IMG/VR virus record: IMGVR_UViG_3300032893_000002
Location: 46,668-110,667 of that record
Strand: one strand, 5' to 3'
DNA length: 64,000 nucleotides
Origin: a virus
A program made the translations under genes and the position numbers. This document shows positions 1-9,800 of the stretch, piece by piece (within the stretch, counting starts at the first letter, position 1; each line of letters begins with the position of its first letter). The notes under the pieces were generated by a model. The model was not told the DNA's origin. It did no database searches and saw only the letters and a list, made by a program, of their open reading frames with translations.

Positions 1-212
1 CAAAGCAAATAGCTGCAGCCAGATTTTTGTTATTGGGTTATGATAATAAAAGTATTGCACTGGAATTGGGCATTGCGGTGCGAACTGTGAAAGCATATAT
101 GGCTGCTTTAATGCGCATATTCCATGTTAAAAATCGTATTGCATTAGCTATAGCATTAATGCGAAATCAAGAGTGGAGTGAATTACTTGTCGACTCATCT
201 TCCAGTATATAA
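1..212 (+). CDS. LuxR/GerE-type HTH transcription regulator, 5'-truncated by window edge
   Basis: Reading frame is open from nt 3 with no upstream stop inside the window. C-terminal LuxR-type HTH signature: SIALELGIAVRTVKAYMAALMRIFHVKNRIALA. Confidence 0.55.
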   Translation, partial: KQIAAARFLLLGYDNKSIALELGIAVRTVKAYMAALMRIFHVKNRIALAIALMRNQEWSELLVDSSSSI

Positions 213-498
213 ATTTAAATATGAAGACGCAAGAAGTTTAACGAAGACTGAGCATAACATACTTGCCTTACTTTGTGAAGGAAAGGTTAATCGCGAAATC
301 GCATGCGAACTAAAATGCACTATAGACGCTATTAAGTGTCGCTTACACAAGATATACGATAAAATAGGAATGTCTTCGAGGCTAGAAGCTGCGATATGGT
401 ATGAAACAAATCGCAACAACTTTCGCCCATTTGAAGAGGAAAATAATACAGATGATATCAATTCTTCTGCCGACGAGAAAGCGGCCTGCAAATCTTAG
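178..498 (+). CDS. LuxR-type HTH domain protein
   Basis: HTH block LTKTEHNILALLCEGKVNREIACELKCTIDAIKCRLHKIYDKIGMSSRLEAAIW is typical of the GerE/LuxR family. Start would be GTG; overlaps the preceding gene end. Confidence 0.5.
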   Translation: MNYLSTHLPVYKFKYEDARSLTKTEHNILALLCEGKVNREIACELKCTIDAIKCRLHKIYDKIGMSSRLEAAIWYETNRNNFRPFEEENNTDDINSSADEKAACKS

Positions 499-1165
499 AC
501 GATTAGTTACTTCTATCCGGGAAACATCCGTAACTAATCCCGAGATCGTTGTTTACATCGACGACGATGATAAAGAGTCAATTCCAACAGCTGAAGAACT
601 TAAACTAGTAATTCTCGTTGGCCCAAGAATTATCATGACCGACTATTGGAATAAATGTTATGATGTTTGTTCGGGCGATATTGTCATGCAAATGGGCGAC
701 GATGTGGTATTTAGAACTCCCGGTTGGGATAAAATGGTCGAAGAAGAGTTTGAAAAATGGCCAGATAAACTTATTGTAGTTCATGGTGATGATCTTGATC
801 CAAATTTTAGAAGTAGATTTGGAACACATTCCTGTGTGCATCGAAAATGGGTGGAGACTTTAGGTTATTTTATTCCTCCATTCTTTTCTTCTGATAATGG
901 AGATAGATGGCTGATGGCTGTTGCGGATTTTCTTGATCGTAGAATATTTTTGCCGTTTGTTACTGAGCATATGCATTTTAGGACACAGAAAGCAAAAATG
1001 GATTCTACATATATAGAAAGATTAGAAAGGCACGAAAAAGATAATCCAAATCAGCTCTATATTGATCTGATTGATCGCAGACTTGAAGATGCTGCAAAAA
1101 TTCAGCAAGCAATAGACGAATATGAATCCTGTCAAAAACAAGAAGAAAGTAATATACACGCTTAA
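452..1165 (+). CDS. GT-A fold glycosyltransferase-like protein (paralog 1 of 3)
   Basis: Start at MISILLPTRKRPANLRRL with GAGGAAAA RBS. Motifs LPTRKRP...VVYIDDDD...MGDDVVF (DxD). Paralogous to 17636..18487 and 19309..19977. Confidence 0.5.
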   Translation: MISILLPTRKRPANLRRLVTSIRETSVTNPEIVVYIDDDDKESIPTAEELKLVILVGPRIIMTDYWNKCYDVCSGDIVMQMGDDVVFRTPGWDKMVEEEFEKWPDKLIVVHGDDLDPNFRSRFGTHSCVHRKWVETLGYFIPPFFSSDNGDRWLMAVADFLDRRIFLPFVTEHMHFRTQKAKMDSTYIERLERHEKDNPNQLYIDLIDRRLEDAAKIQQAIDEYESCQKQEESNIHA

Positions 1166-1814
1166 TATCAACTATTCAAAAGATGTCACGAATCTAACTT
1201 ATCCCCTTCTGAGACGATATGCCAAGAAGATAGATGCTGATTTTGAAGTTATTACTTCAAGAAAATTTCCCGATTGGCCTATCGTATACGAAAAACTTCA
1301 AATCTATAACTTAGCCAGAGAACAGAATAGAGAATGGATCTACTATATCGATTCTGATGCTCTAATACATCCTGATTTTTTTGATCTAACAGATCTTGTC
1401 CAAAAAGATACAGTTATTCATACAGGAGCAGATTTTGCTCCTATTCGCTGGAAAATGGACGATTATTTCCGTCGCAACAGACGATATATTGGATCATGCA
1501 ATTGGTTTACAGTTGCTAGTAATTGGTGTTTAGATTTATGGCGTCCTCTAGACGATTTAACCCCAGAGCAAGCACTGGCTAATATTTTTCCAACAATACA
1601 AGAGGCCAAGACAATAATTACTAAAGAACATCTGATAGATGATTATACTCTAAGTAGAAATATTGCTAAGTATGGTCTCTACTTCACATCTGTTGCAGAA
1701 ATCTTAAAGAGAACAGATCCGGGAGGTAATTATTTCTGGCATCAGTATACAATTCCTATAGCTGAGAAAGTTAAAGAGTTAAAACAAATGCTCCAAATAT
1801 GGAATTTGATTTAG
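1122..1814 (+). CDS. Nucleotide-sugar transferase, GMA12/MNN10-like (GT34-like)
   Basis: REWIYYIDSDALIHPDFFDL resembles the EWIWWLDxDALI motif of galactosyl/mannosyl transferases. Confidence 0.4.
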   Translation: MNPVKNKKKVIYTLNINYSKDVTNLTYPLLRRYAKKIDADFEVITSRKFPDWPIVYEKLQIYNLAREQNREWIYYIDSDALIHPDFFDLTDLVQKDTVIHTGADFAPIRWKMDDYFRRNRRYIGSCNWFTVASNWCLDLWRPLDDLTPEQALANIFPTIQEAKTIITKEHLIDDYTLSRNIAKYGLYFTSVAEILKRTDPGGNYFWHQYTIPIAEKVKELKQMLQIWNLI

Positions 1815-2600
1815 ATGGCGAATAATAATAAATTTAATAACTCGACAGGAAATCCTCAGACCTGGACCTGCCCGGATGGTGTTGTTACTGTTATAGTTGA
1901 AGCCTGGGGGGCAGGAGGCGGAGGAGGAGGATCCAATAACAACGCAACTACTGGGTCAGCTAGCGGAGGAGGCGGAGGAAGTTATTCGAGATCTGTTTTA
2001 AATGTAGTTCCAGGAACGAGTTATACGTTTAATATCGGTGCGGGAGGTAACGGAGGTACAGGAGGAAATACTAACGGGAGTAACGGAGGAACAACAGATT
2101 TTAACAATAGTCAGATCACGTGTAATGGAGGTGTAGGGGGACGAAATGGAGCAGTTACAACAGCTGGAAATGCTTTAGGAGGCGCTGTAGGAACAGGAAC
2201 ATTTACATTTAAAGGCGGAAATAGTGGTAACGGTCATACTACGACAGGTAGCGGAGGCGGAGGGGCAGGAGGAGGAAATGCTAACGGAAGCTCAGGCACA
2301 AATCCCGGTGCAGGAGCAGGAGGAACAGCTAATGCTAGTTTTACTCCTGGAGGAAATGGCGGAGGTGGCCGACCTGTAAATAATAACGCCGCTAACGCTG
2401 CTGCAAACGGAGTAATTCCAGGAGGAGGAGGCGGAGGAGCCGGAAGAACAAATAACTCTAACACAAATGCTCCCGGCGGCAATGGCGCAAATGGACAGAT
2501 TATTCTTTGGTGGGTTCAACCTGAATTTTTAGGTACTACATCTAATCCTAAGAATCAAAATGAAATGGGTTACTTACCGATTTCGATAATCGGATATTAA
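1815..2600 (+). CDS. Glycine-rich repeat protein (structural or fiber-like)
   Basis: About 45% Gly with GGxGG, GNGGTGG and PGG repeats. Tight coupling to the next gene (TAAtATG). Confidence 0.45.
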   Translation: MANNNKFNNSTGNPQTWTCPDGVVTVIVEAWGAGGGGGGSNNNATTGSASGGGGGSYSRSVLNVVPGTSYTFNIGAGGNGGTGGNTNGSNGGTTDFNNSQITCNGGVGGRNGAVTTAGNALGGAVGTGTFTFKGGNSGNGHTTTGSGGGGAGGGNANGSSGTNPGAGAGGTANASFTPGGNGGGGRPVNNNAANAAANGVIPGGGGGGAGRTNNSNTNAPGGNGANGQIILWWVQPEFLGTTSNPKNQNEMGYLPISIIGY

Positions 2601-2601
2601 T

Positions 2602-3942
2602 ATGGCAATTGCTCAAGACCATACTACACCTGTTCAGAATATTGTATCAGGAACACCTTTTTCGGTTCCATCAAGTACTGGTAATCTTAGTGTAGTTGCC
2701 TTTATCGGAGGAGCAACTGCCACTATAACTAGTGTTACAGATAACCAGTCTAATGCTTATTATCCAGCTATCACGTTTAATGAAAGCGCTGGAGCGTTCA
2801 TTAACATGGCAATCTGGTATGCTCCCGGAGCAGCGACAGGAATAACGTCAATTACAATTAATTATATAAATGGCGGAGGAGGCAATTACGAAGATGCTGT
2901 TATTTATGATTTTTCTGGAGCGCATCCAACAAACCCTCTTGTAAATGGAGATTATACTGACGATATAGGAACAGGCTCGACTGCTACAACAAATCCTGTT
3001 GGTCCGGCTCTTAGTTATCCTTATGGCGGAGGAGCAGCGCTTTCAATTCTCCACGGCGGAAATGTAAGCTCAGTTGCTTCACCTTATACATTAGATTTTA
3101 AAGGTTCATCAGGATCTGAGGCAGAAGTTGGATTTGCTAGTATGGTATTTGGATCTCCGGGAACATTTGCTCCAAGTTGGACTACAACATCAGGTGCATG
3201 GTTTAGTGTTGTAGTTTTATTTGCTTCTAATACAGGTCCAAATAATCTTAGATTCGCTAAAGGGAAAACAGCTATATTTGGTAATTCGGTTACAACTGCC
3301 AATTCTCTTACTGTTACTAACGGAGATCTTGTAGTAATAGTAGCATCAGCTGATCCAGGTAAATCTTCAATTCCGCCCGCTTTTACAGATAATGTTTCAA
3401 ATTCATATACAACGATTTCTGCTATTAATCCGTATGTGGGAGAAACAAATGATGGAATACTTTTTGCGGGATATGGAATAATTGGTAGTTCAGCAGGAGC
3501 ATGTTTTTGGAATTTTAATCACGATGCAAATGAGGGAAATGTAATATACGTAATAGTAATAACGCCATCAGTAACACCAACGTTTAATGCTATAGGAACA
3601 GGATTTGAAGCCAGTTCTGTAACACACTTTACTGCTGCTTCTTGTTCTCCTACAGCAGGCGATTATCTGTTTGCGGCACTAGCTTCTTATGGAGCAGTTG
3701 CGCCACAAAGTTTTTCTGCAAATGGCAGTTGGATTTTAGGTCCAAATGAAGGCGATGGAACTTACTATATCGACGTAGCAGTTGAATTCCAGCTTAGTGC
3801 TGTAGGCGGTTCTACAACTGATGATTTTACAGCATTATCAGGAACAGGAAATGAAGTAATTTTTTCGTTTAGTTTACCGGCAGGAAGTATTTCGCTTTAT
3901 CCAAATGATATGACACCAGGAACTCTAGTAACTTGGCGATAA
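2602..3942 (+). CDS. Member 1 (two-domain) of tandem paralog family with conserved C-terminal YPNDMTPGTLVTW motif
   Basis: S/T/N/G-rich. Contains the GNLxVV...ITSVxDxxxN core twice. C-terminus LYPNDMTPGTLVTWR is shared with the next four genes. Confidence 0.6.
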   Translation: MAIAQDHTTPVQNIVSGTPFSVPSSTGNLSVVAFIGGATATITSVTDNQSNAYYPAITFNESAGAFINMAIWYAPGAATGITSITINYINGGGGNYEDAVIYDFSGAHPTNPLVNGDYTDDIGTGSTATTNPVGPALSYPYGGGAALSILHGGNVSSVASPYTLDFKGSSGSEAEVGFASMVFGSPGTFAPSWTTTSGAWFSVVVLFASNTGPNNLRFAKGKTAIFGNSVTTANSLTVTNGDLVVIVASADPGKSSIPPAFTDNVSNSYTTISAINPYVGETNDGILFAGYGIIGSSAGACFWNFNHDANEGNVIYVIVITPSVTPTFNAIGTGFEASSVTHFTAASCSPTAGDYLFAALASYGAVAPQSFSANGSWILGPNEGDGTYYIDVAVEFQLSAVGGSTTDDFTALSGTGNEVIFSFSLPAGSISLYPNDMTPGTLVTWR

Positions 3943-3967
3943 AATAATATGGAAAGAGTGTAAGTAG

Positions 3968-4726
3968 ATGGCTTTTATTCATATTCAAGGCGGCACAGCA
4001 AATACAGGAGGAGTTGTTGGAACATCATTCACAATAGTACTATCGAACACTCCGATTGTCGGAAATTTAGTATGCGTAGGGATAGTGTTCATCAATGCAA
4101 CTAATACAAGTCCTGCATCTATATCTATATTAGACGGCAATAATAACAGATATGTTATTACGCCAAATTCACCAGCAGCAGGAACATTTCCAAATGCGGG
4201 TTCAGGCGGCACATCACCTGAGTATGGATGGTTATATCTATGCTATTTCCTCGTAACTGATTTACCTTCTTCGCAAATTATTGTTACATGGGCAAATAGC
4301 ATGTATGCTCAGGGTTGGGCAGAAGAATTTTCTGTTAGTGCAGGCGTTATTAGCTTCGATAAAGATGTTGCTGGAACAGTACAAACTGCATCGGGAACTG
4401 TAGCAAATATTCCTTCAATAACGCCTCTTGCAGCCAATTCACTATTGTACAGTGTTGGATGCGATGATTATAATGGTTTCGTTGCTCCGACAGCAGGAGG
4501 AACACTAGGTGCTTGGATAGGCGGCGCTGGCGGACCCGACTTAGCTATAACGGGAGGCAATACAGAATACGATTTAGCTGCAACAGGATCGACTAGTGTT
4601 AATTACACTTGTGGAGTAAGTGGAGATATTTACATTGCATCTGCAATGTCTTTCTACACTATGCCTACAGAGATTTTTCCTCCAGATATGACACCCGGAA
4701 CTTCCGTAGCTTGGAGGTTCAAATAA
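3968..4726 (+). CDS. Member 2 of tandem paralog family (MAFIHIQGG N-terminus, PPDMTPGTSVAWRFK C-terminus)
   Basis: N-terminus matches member 4. Conserved C-terminal motif. Confidence 0.6.
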   Translation: MAFIHIQGGTANTGGVVGTSFTIVLSNTPIVGNLVCVGIVFINATNTSPASISILDGNNNRYVITPNSPAAGTFPNAGSGGTSPEYGWLYLCYFLVTDLPSSQIIVTWANSMYAQGWAEEFSVSAGVISFDKDVAGTVQTASGTVANIPSITPLAANSLLYSVGCDDYNGFVAPTAGGTLGAWIGGAGGPDLAITGGNTEYDLAATGSTSVNYTCGVSGDIYIASAMSFYTMPTEIFPPDMTPGTSVAWRFK

Positions 4727-4728
4727 AG

Positions 4729-5436
4729 ATGATTACAATAGATGCGATTTCTATTCCGGCTCAATTTGATGCTATCAACCCATCTTTTAATATCACTCCG
4801 ACGAAGGCAAACTGTTTTCTTGTTGTTACATTCGGAATGGCGGGGCCAAACGTAAACATAACTATTTCCTCAGTTATTGATAATGCTTCAGGCGGAACAA
4901 ATTTATATCAACAAGTTCCGGGAGCTTACTCATTTGTTAACGGCGGCGACGGTGAAATTTTCAGTTTTGATATATGGTACTGTTCTAATTCTAAAGCAAA
5001 TGCAAATCAGCTTTCGGCAAATCTTTCTGCAGAAGCTAATACGCAGATTGTTGTGTATCAACTGTATGGTCTGAATTTAGGCGAATCTCCTGAAGCAGCA
5101 GTTGGAATATCTAATGGATCATTTACAGGTTTATCGTCATTTTCAACTCCGCCAATTACGACATCAGCTTTCTCTTCTTTTATTGTTGTAGTAGGCGATG
5201 CTACATGGGGTTTTGCTAAAGTAGCATTACCTTGGTCAGGATTACCTGATGCAAATGGAAACTACCTCGCAACTACTACAGCATACTTAATTACAGATGG
5301 TCCAGGAACTTATATCCCAACTTGGCAAACACAAAATACAAATAACTATGCGATGAGTGGCGCATCGTTTCAAGGTGATCAGATTCTAGCTTTCGATACA
5401 ACACCTGGAACAAATATTGGATGGAGTGTTGAGTAA
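4729..5436 (+). CDS. Member 3 of tandem paralog family (C-terminus DTTPGTNIGWSVE)
   Basis: ATG at 4729 preceded by GGAGG. Core FLVVTFG...ITISSVIDNASGG. Degenerate C-terminal motif. Confidence 0.55.
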   Translation: MITIDAISIPAQFDAINPSFNITPTKANCFLVVTFGMAGPNVNITISSVIDNASGGTNLYQQVPGAYSFVNGGDGEIFSFDIWYCSNSKANANQLSANLSAEANTQIVVYQLYGLNLGESPEAAVGISNGSFTGLSSFSTPPITTSAFSSFIVVVGDATWGFAKVALPWSGLPDANGNYLATTTAYLITDGPGTYIPTWQTQNTNNYAMSGASFQGDQILAFDTTPGTNIGWSVE

Positions 5437-6107
5437 TGGCTTTCGTTCATATACAAGGTGGAATAAGTGGAACAGGATCAGCTATATTGACATTAACAAA
5501 CAATCCCGGACAAGGGAATCTTGTTTGTTTTGGCTATTTGTTTGATACTACTGCTGGTGTCATTACATCAATTGTAGATAGTAATGGGAATCCCTATTCT
5601 ATTGTCACTACGACAGATAGTGAAGTAGTAGGACTTGCATTCTTGCTTAATGCTCCTGCTAATGCCAGCAAAACAATTTTTCTTAACTTTACTGGCAGTC
5701 CTAGTTTTTATGAGGTGTGGGGCGATGAATTTTCGTGCGGAACATCAACAGTATTCGATAATGTTGTGGCTGCTTCAGGAAACGCAGTAGCTGGTATTAT
5801 TAATACACCAGTAATTACTCCAAAACTTTCCGGCGGTGAGTTATTATATAGTTTATGCTCGCCCAATGTTGTTTTAACGGCTCCAGGATTAGGTGTTGTA
5901 TATAACGGATGGACGGGAACTGCGATTGATGCAATATACGGAACAGGAGGAGAATACATACTTAGTGCAAATTCGCCTCAAGCTGTGGCTTATGTTAATA
6001 ACGATCCTACAGGAGCTTATACTGCAATTGCAATGGCTTTTTCAGAAGGACAGATTGCTCCTTCTGATATGACGCCTGGATGTAACTTAGTAATGGAGAT
6101 TGGATAA
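5436..6107 (+). CDS. Member 4 of tandem paralog family (MAFVHIQGG N-terminus, PSDMTPGCNLVMEIG C-terminus)
   Basis: TAATG overlap with upstream gene. Motifs GNLVCFG...ITSIVDSNGN. Confidence 0.6.
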   Translation: MAFVHIQGGISGTGSAILTLTNNPGQGNLVCFGYLFDTTAGVITSIVDSNGNPYSIVTTTDSEVVGLAFLLNAPANASKTIFLNFTGSPSFYEVWGDEFSCGTSTVFDNVVAASGNAVAGIINTPVITPKLSGGELLYSLCSPNVVLTAPGLGVVYNGWTGTAIDAIYGTGGEYILSANSPQAVAYVNNDPTGAYTAIAMAFSEGQIAPSDMTPGCNLVMEIG

Positions 6108-6832
6108 TGGCTGTCGAATTTGACGCAGTTGGACCTAATTCGTCAGGTACAGGCGGAACAGGAGTAAATATAGCTGCAACTCCTATTAATTGGAATCATA
6201 CTTGTTCCGGAACAAATGGATTATTAGTTGTATGTGTTACATATGGAGGAGGAGATAATCCAACATTCTCAGACTTTAGTGTAACATACAATAGTATTCC
6301 TATGCTTCAAGGAGCATTTCAATACAACGCAAATGATGGTACAGATTGTGCGATGCTGTTCTATCTTATTGCGCCCGCATCAGGAACGAATCAAGTTTCT
6401 CTATTTTCTAATTCGGGCTTCCTTTATGGGGATTTTCAGTGTGGATCTGTGAGTTACACAGGTGTAGATCAAATTACAGGGATAAGAAATGCTGTTAGTA
6501 ATGCAAGTTCAGGCGCATCTTCTCCAGCAACATTAACAGTATCAAGTGCTGTAGGGAACATGGTAGCATTTGGTTTAGGGTCAGGTGCATATAGCGGAAC
6601 TTCAAACCAAACGGACAGATGGCAGTTTAATCAAAATGGTGATACGGGCGGAAGCAATGGACTTCAATCTGATGCTCCAGGCGCGGCTTCTGTTTCGTTT
6701 AGCGATTCAATTAATGGCGGTGCAGGTGATTATTGGGGTATTGTAGGATTTGATATAATTGCAGCATCATCGTTATCAATTTATCCTGAAGATATGACGC
6801 CCGGATCAGAAGTAACGTTTAGAATTATTTAA
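6107..6832 (+). CDS. Member 5 of tandem paralog family (C-terminus YPEDMTPGSEVTFRII)
   Basis: TAATG overlap with upstream gene. Same core pattern and C-terminal motif. Confidence 0.6.
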   Translation: MAVEFDAVGPNSSGTGGTGVNIAATPINWNHTCSGTNGLLVVCVTYGGGDNPTFSDFSVTYNSIPMLQGAFQYNANDGTDCAMLFYLIAPASGTNQVSLFSNSGFLYGDFQCGSVSYTGVDQITGIRNAVSNASSGASSPATLTVSSAVGNMVAFGLGSGAYSGTSNQTDRWQFNQNGDTGGSNGLQSDAPGAASVSFSDSINGGAGDYWGIVGFDIIAASSLSIYPEDMTPGSEVTFRII

Positions 6833-9800
6833 TGTACCGTCAATATCAATACGACGTATTTACTGAAGGACTGCCTCCAGCCCCTGAAGTTGTAGAAGCT
6901 AGTAGCTGGGTGCAACCTCAAAGCCAGCCTATCCCGAATAACTTTGTATCGAAGTTGAAGGCTGGTGTAGTAGCTGCTCTCGTCGCTTCAGGAATATTCT
7001 ACACTGCTCTTGCTCCGCAAGTAGTAACAGCTAGCGGAATATCAGCAGACTGTAGCTTCTTTGTAATTAATAGAAGCTATGCTGCGCAAATAGCTTCAGG
7101 TGTATATTCAGTTCCATTCGTTCCGGCGGCAGCGGCAGCAGCAGGCGGATCAGGCGCATCTCAACAACTTCTAAGCTTAAAAGCTAGAGGTACGCAAGCT
7201 CATCTTCAGACAAGTACGTTTTGGAGTGCCTTCACTCCATCTGCACCTTCACAAGGCGGCGGCTTTTCTGCAGAAACAATAAGATTGCGATTCCAGCGAC
7301 GCTTCGCTTCGCAATCTCCAAGCGTTTTCTGGAATACCTTTACTCCAGCAACTGCAATTACTCCTGTAATTGCTCCATGCGCAGAATATCCAGATTCATT
7401 CTATAAGAAACGCTATTTAACAGAAGCACTAGATTCTTCTGATGGACAAGCTGTAATTGGTACTCTTCCTCCTTCGATTCAAACAGCAGTAGGAGGAGCG
7501 CAAGGAAAATCTACAGTAATCCGTATTAATCGCAGTTATGCAGCTCAAATAGCCTCAGGCGAAGTATTTGTTCCTGTTGTTGCAGCTCCGACACCAACTG
7601 GATGGTTAGGAGATCAGAATCAGCTTCCGCGAGGTAAACAATCTCTTGCTGTAGCTGAGCAGCAAGCTGTATTCTTCACTGCTCTTGCTCCGCAAGTAGT
7701 AACAGCTAGCGGAATATCAGCAGACTGTAGCTTCTTTGTAATTAATAGAAGCTATGCGTATACATCACCGTCTGTATTTTGGAATCCTAATACTCCTGTT
7801 TTACCTCCAACTGGATGGTTAGGAGATCAGAATCAGCCTCTTCCAATTAGAAAAGGATTAGCTGCAGGAGCGCAGCAGTATTCTCCTGGTGTTGTTCAAG
7901 CAGGTTCTACTCCAAGTACATTTGGATTAGTATGCGCTGAGAAGCAGCAGGTATCTCAACGATATCTAGCCGCTAATCAACAGGCTGTATTTTATACTTC
8001 TTTTGTTCAAGTATCTGTACTTAACTGGCTGCCTTCATATCCGGATTTCTTTAAACCGAAATTTTCAGCTGGCTTATATATTTATTCAACTCAAGCTAAT
8101 GTTCCGGTAGAACAATTAGCGTCTGCTGATTATCCGGATTGGATTGCTGGGAAGAAGTATTTAACAAGTAATCAACAAGCAGCATTTGGTCCGCTATCTA
8201 CATCTCCTGAAACTGTATTTGTATCAAGTTGGGCGCAACCACAATCCCAACCATATCCATATAGAAGAAGTCTACAAACAGCTCAGCAGATAGCTGTATT
8301 TTGGAATACTTCTACTCAACCTGAAGTCGTAGAAAGTGCTAGCTGGTATCCAACTTATCCGCAGCCTTTCCCGACAAAACCTTATCTCAGTACCGCTTCA
8401 CAGCAATATTATTTCTTCGGTAAACAGGTTGCGCAGGAATATCTTGTAGGAAATACTCCTGTATCGCAGCCAAGCTTTAAGCAAAGAGCAGTTGCTGTTT
8501 ACGAACCAGCTTCTAACTTCATATTTACTCCTGCTCAGACGTTTAATGCATGGCTGCCTGCTTATCCTGATAAAGTTTATAGTAGACCTTATCTCCTTGC
8601 TGCACAACAGCAAGCTGTATTTGGACCTTTATCTACAGATCAAGAAACTGTATTTGTAAGTAGTTACGTACAACCCCAATCACAGCCTTATCCATATAAG
8701 CGCAGTCTACTGACAGCGCAGCAGCAAGCAACATTCTGGAATACAAGTACTGCGACTGAAACAGTATTAGTCAGTTCTTGGGTACAGCCACAATCTCAAC
8801 CATATCCGTATAGAAAAGCTCAACTAACTGCTAATCAGCAGGCTTTGTTCTGGAATACAAGTACTCAGCCTGAAACAGTATTTGAGAGTAGTTGGCAGGG
8901 TGTTCAAAGTCCAGCTCTTCTCAATAGAAAAGTACAGCAGCCCGATTCACTGAGTTTTGTTTCAGATATCAATCTGGCTACAGTAGTTCTTCCAGATAGA
9001 AGAGTTACTGTTCCTGCAATAGCAGTCTATCTACCTTGCTCTACTTGGTTAGCTCAGCCAACAACGCAAGTATTCCTTGATTGGCAACAGCCGCAATCGC
9101 AACCGTTATCTACACGGCGTATACAGCCAGTTGATGTAGTAACAGTCGTTCCTCAGCATATCGGACTAGATTGGCAACCTGTATATCCAGATGCTGTAAT
9201 AGGAAGACGATTCCTTACAGCAGATCAGCAATGGTTGGCCTGGAATACTTCTACTCAGTCCGAAACTGTATTTGAAAGCAGTTGGCAAGGTATCACGTGG
9301 CAACCGTGGCCAGCTAAATGCTATTTATCCGCTGCTCAGCAACAGGCATTCTTCTGGCAACCTAATACTCCAGGCGACTTTACTTTCCTGTTGCATTGGG
9401 AACCGATTTATCCGCAACCTTTCCCAAAGAAACTGTATCCAGCTGCAGCGCAACAACAAGCGGTCTTCTGGAATACATCAACACAGCCTGAAACTGTATT
9501 AGTAAGTTCATGGGTACAGCCTCAAAGTCAGCCTTACCCATATAAACCCTATCGCCCTGCAGCCTTGTATCCATCTGTATTCTGGAATACAAGTACAGCA
9601 CCTGAAACTGTTTTTGTTAGCAGTTACGTACAGCCGCAGACGCAGCCTTATCCTTATAAAAAAGCTATTCAACCCTGCGAACAACTTACATTCGTTTGGG
9701 AAGAAGCAACTGCTGACGAAGTTTCAATAGATTGGGTCCAGCCTCAATCTCAGCCTTATTCTTACAGAAAAGTACTTACTACTGCAGAGCAGCAAGCAAC

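Noticed and set aside
2234-2519. Minus-strand Pro/Ser-rich ORFs opposite the Gly-rich gene
   Set aside because: They are a low-complexity mirror of GGN codons (CCN on the other strand), which is a typical artefact.
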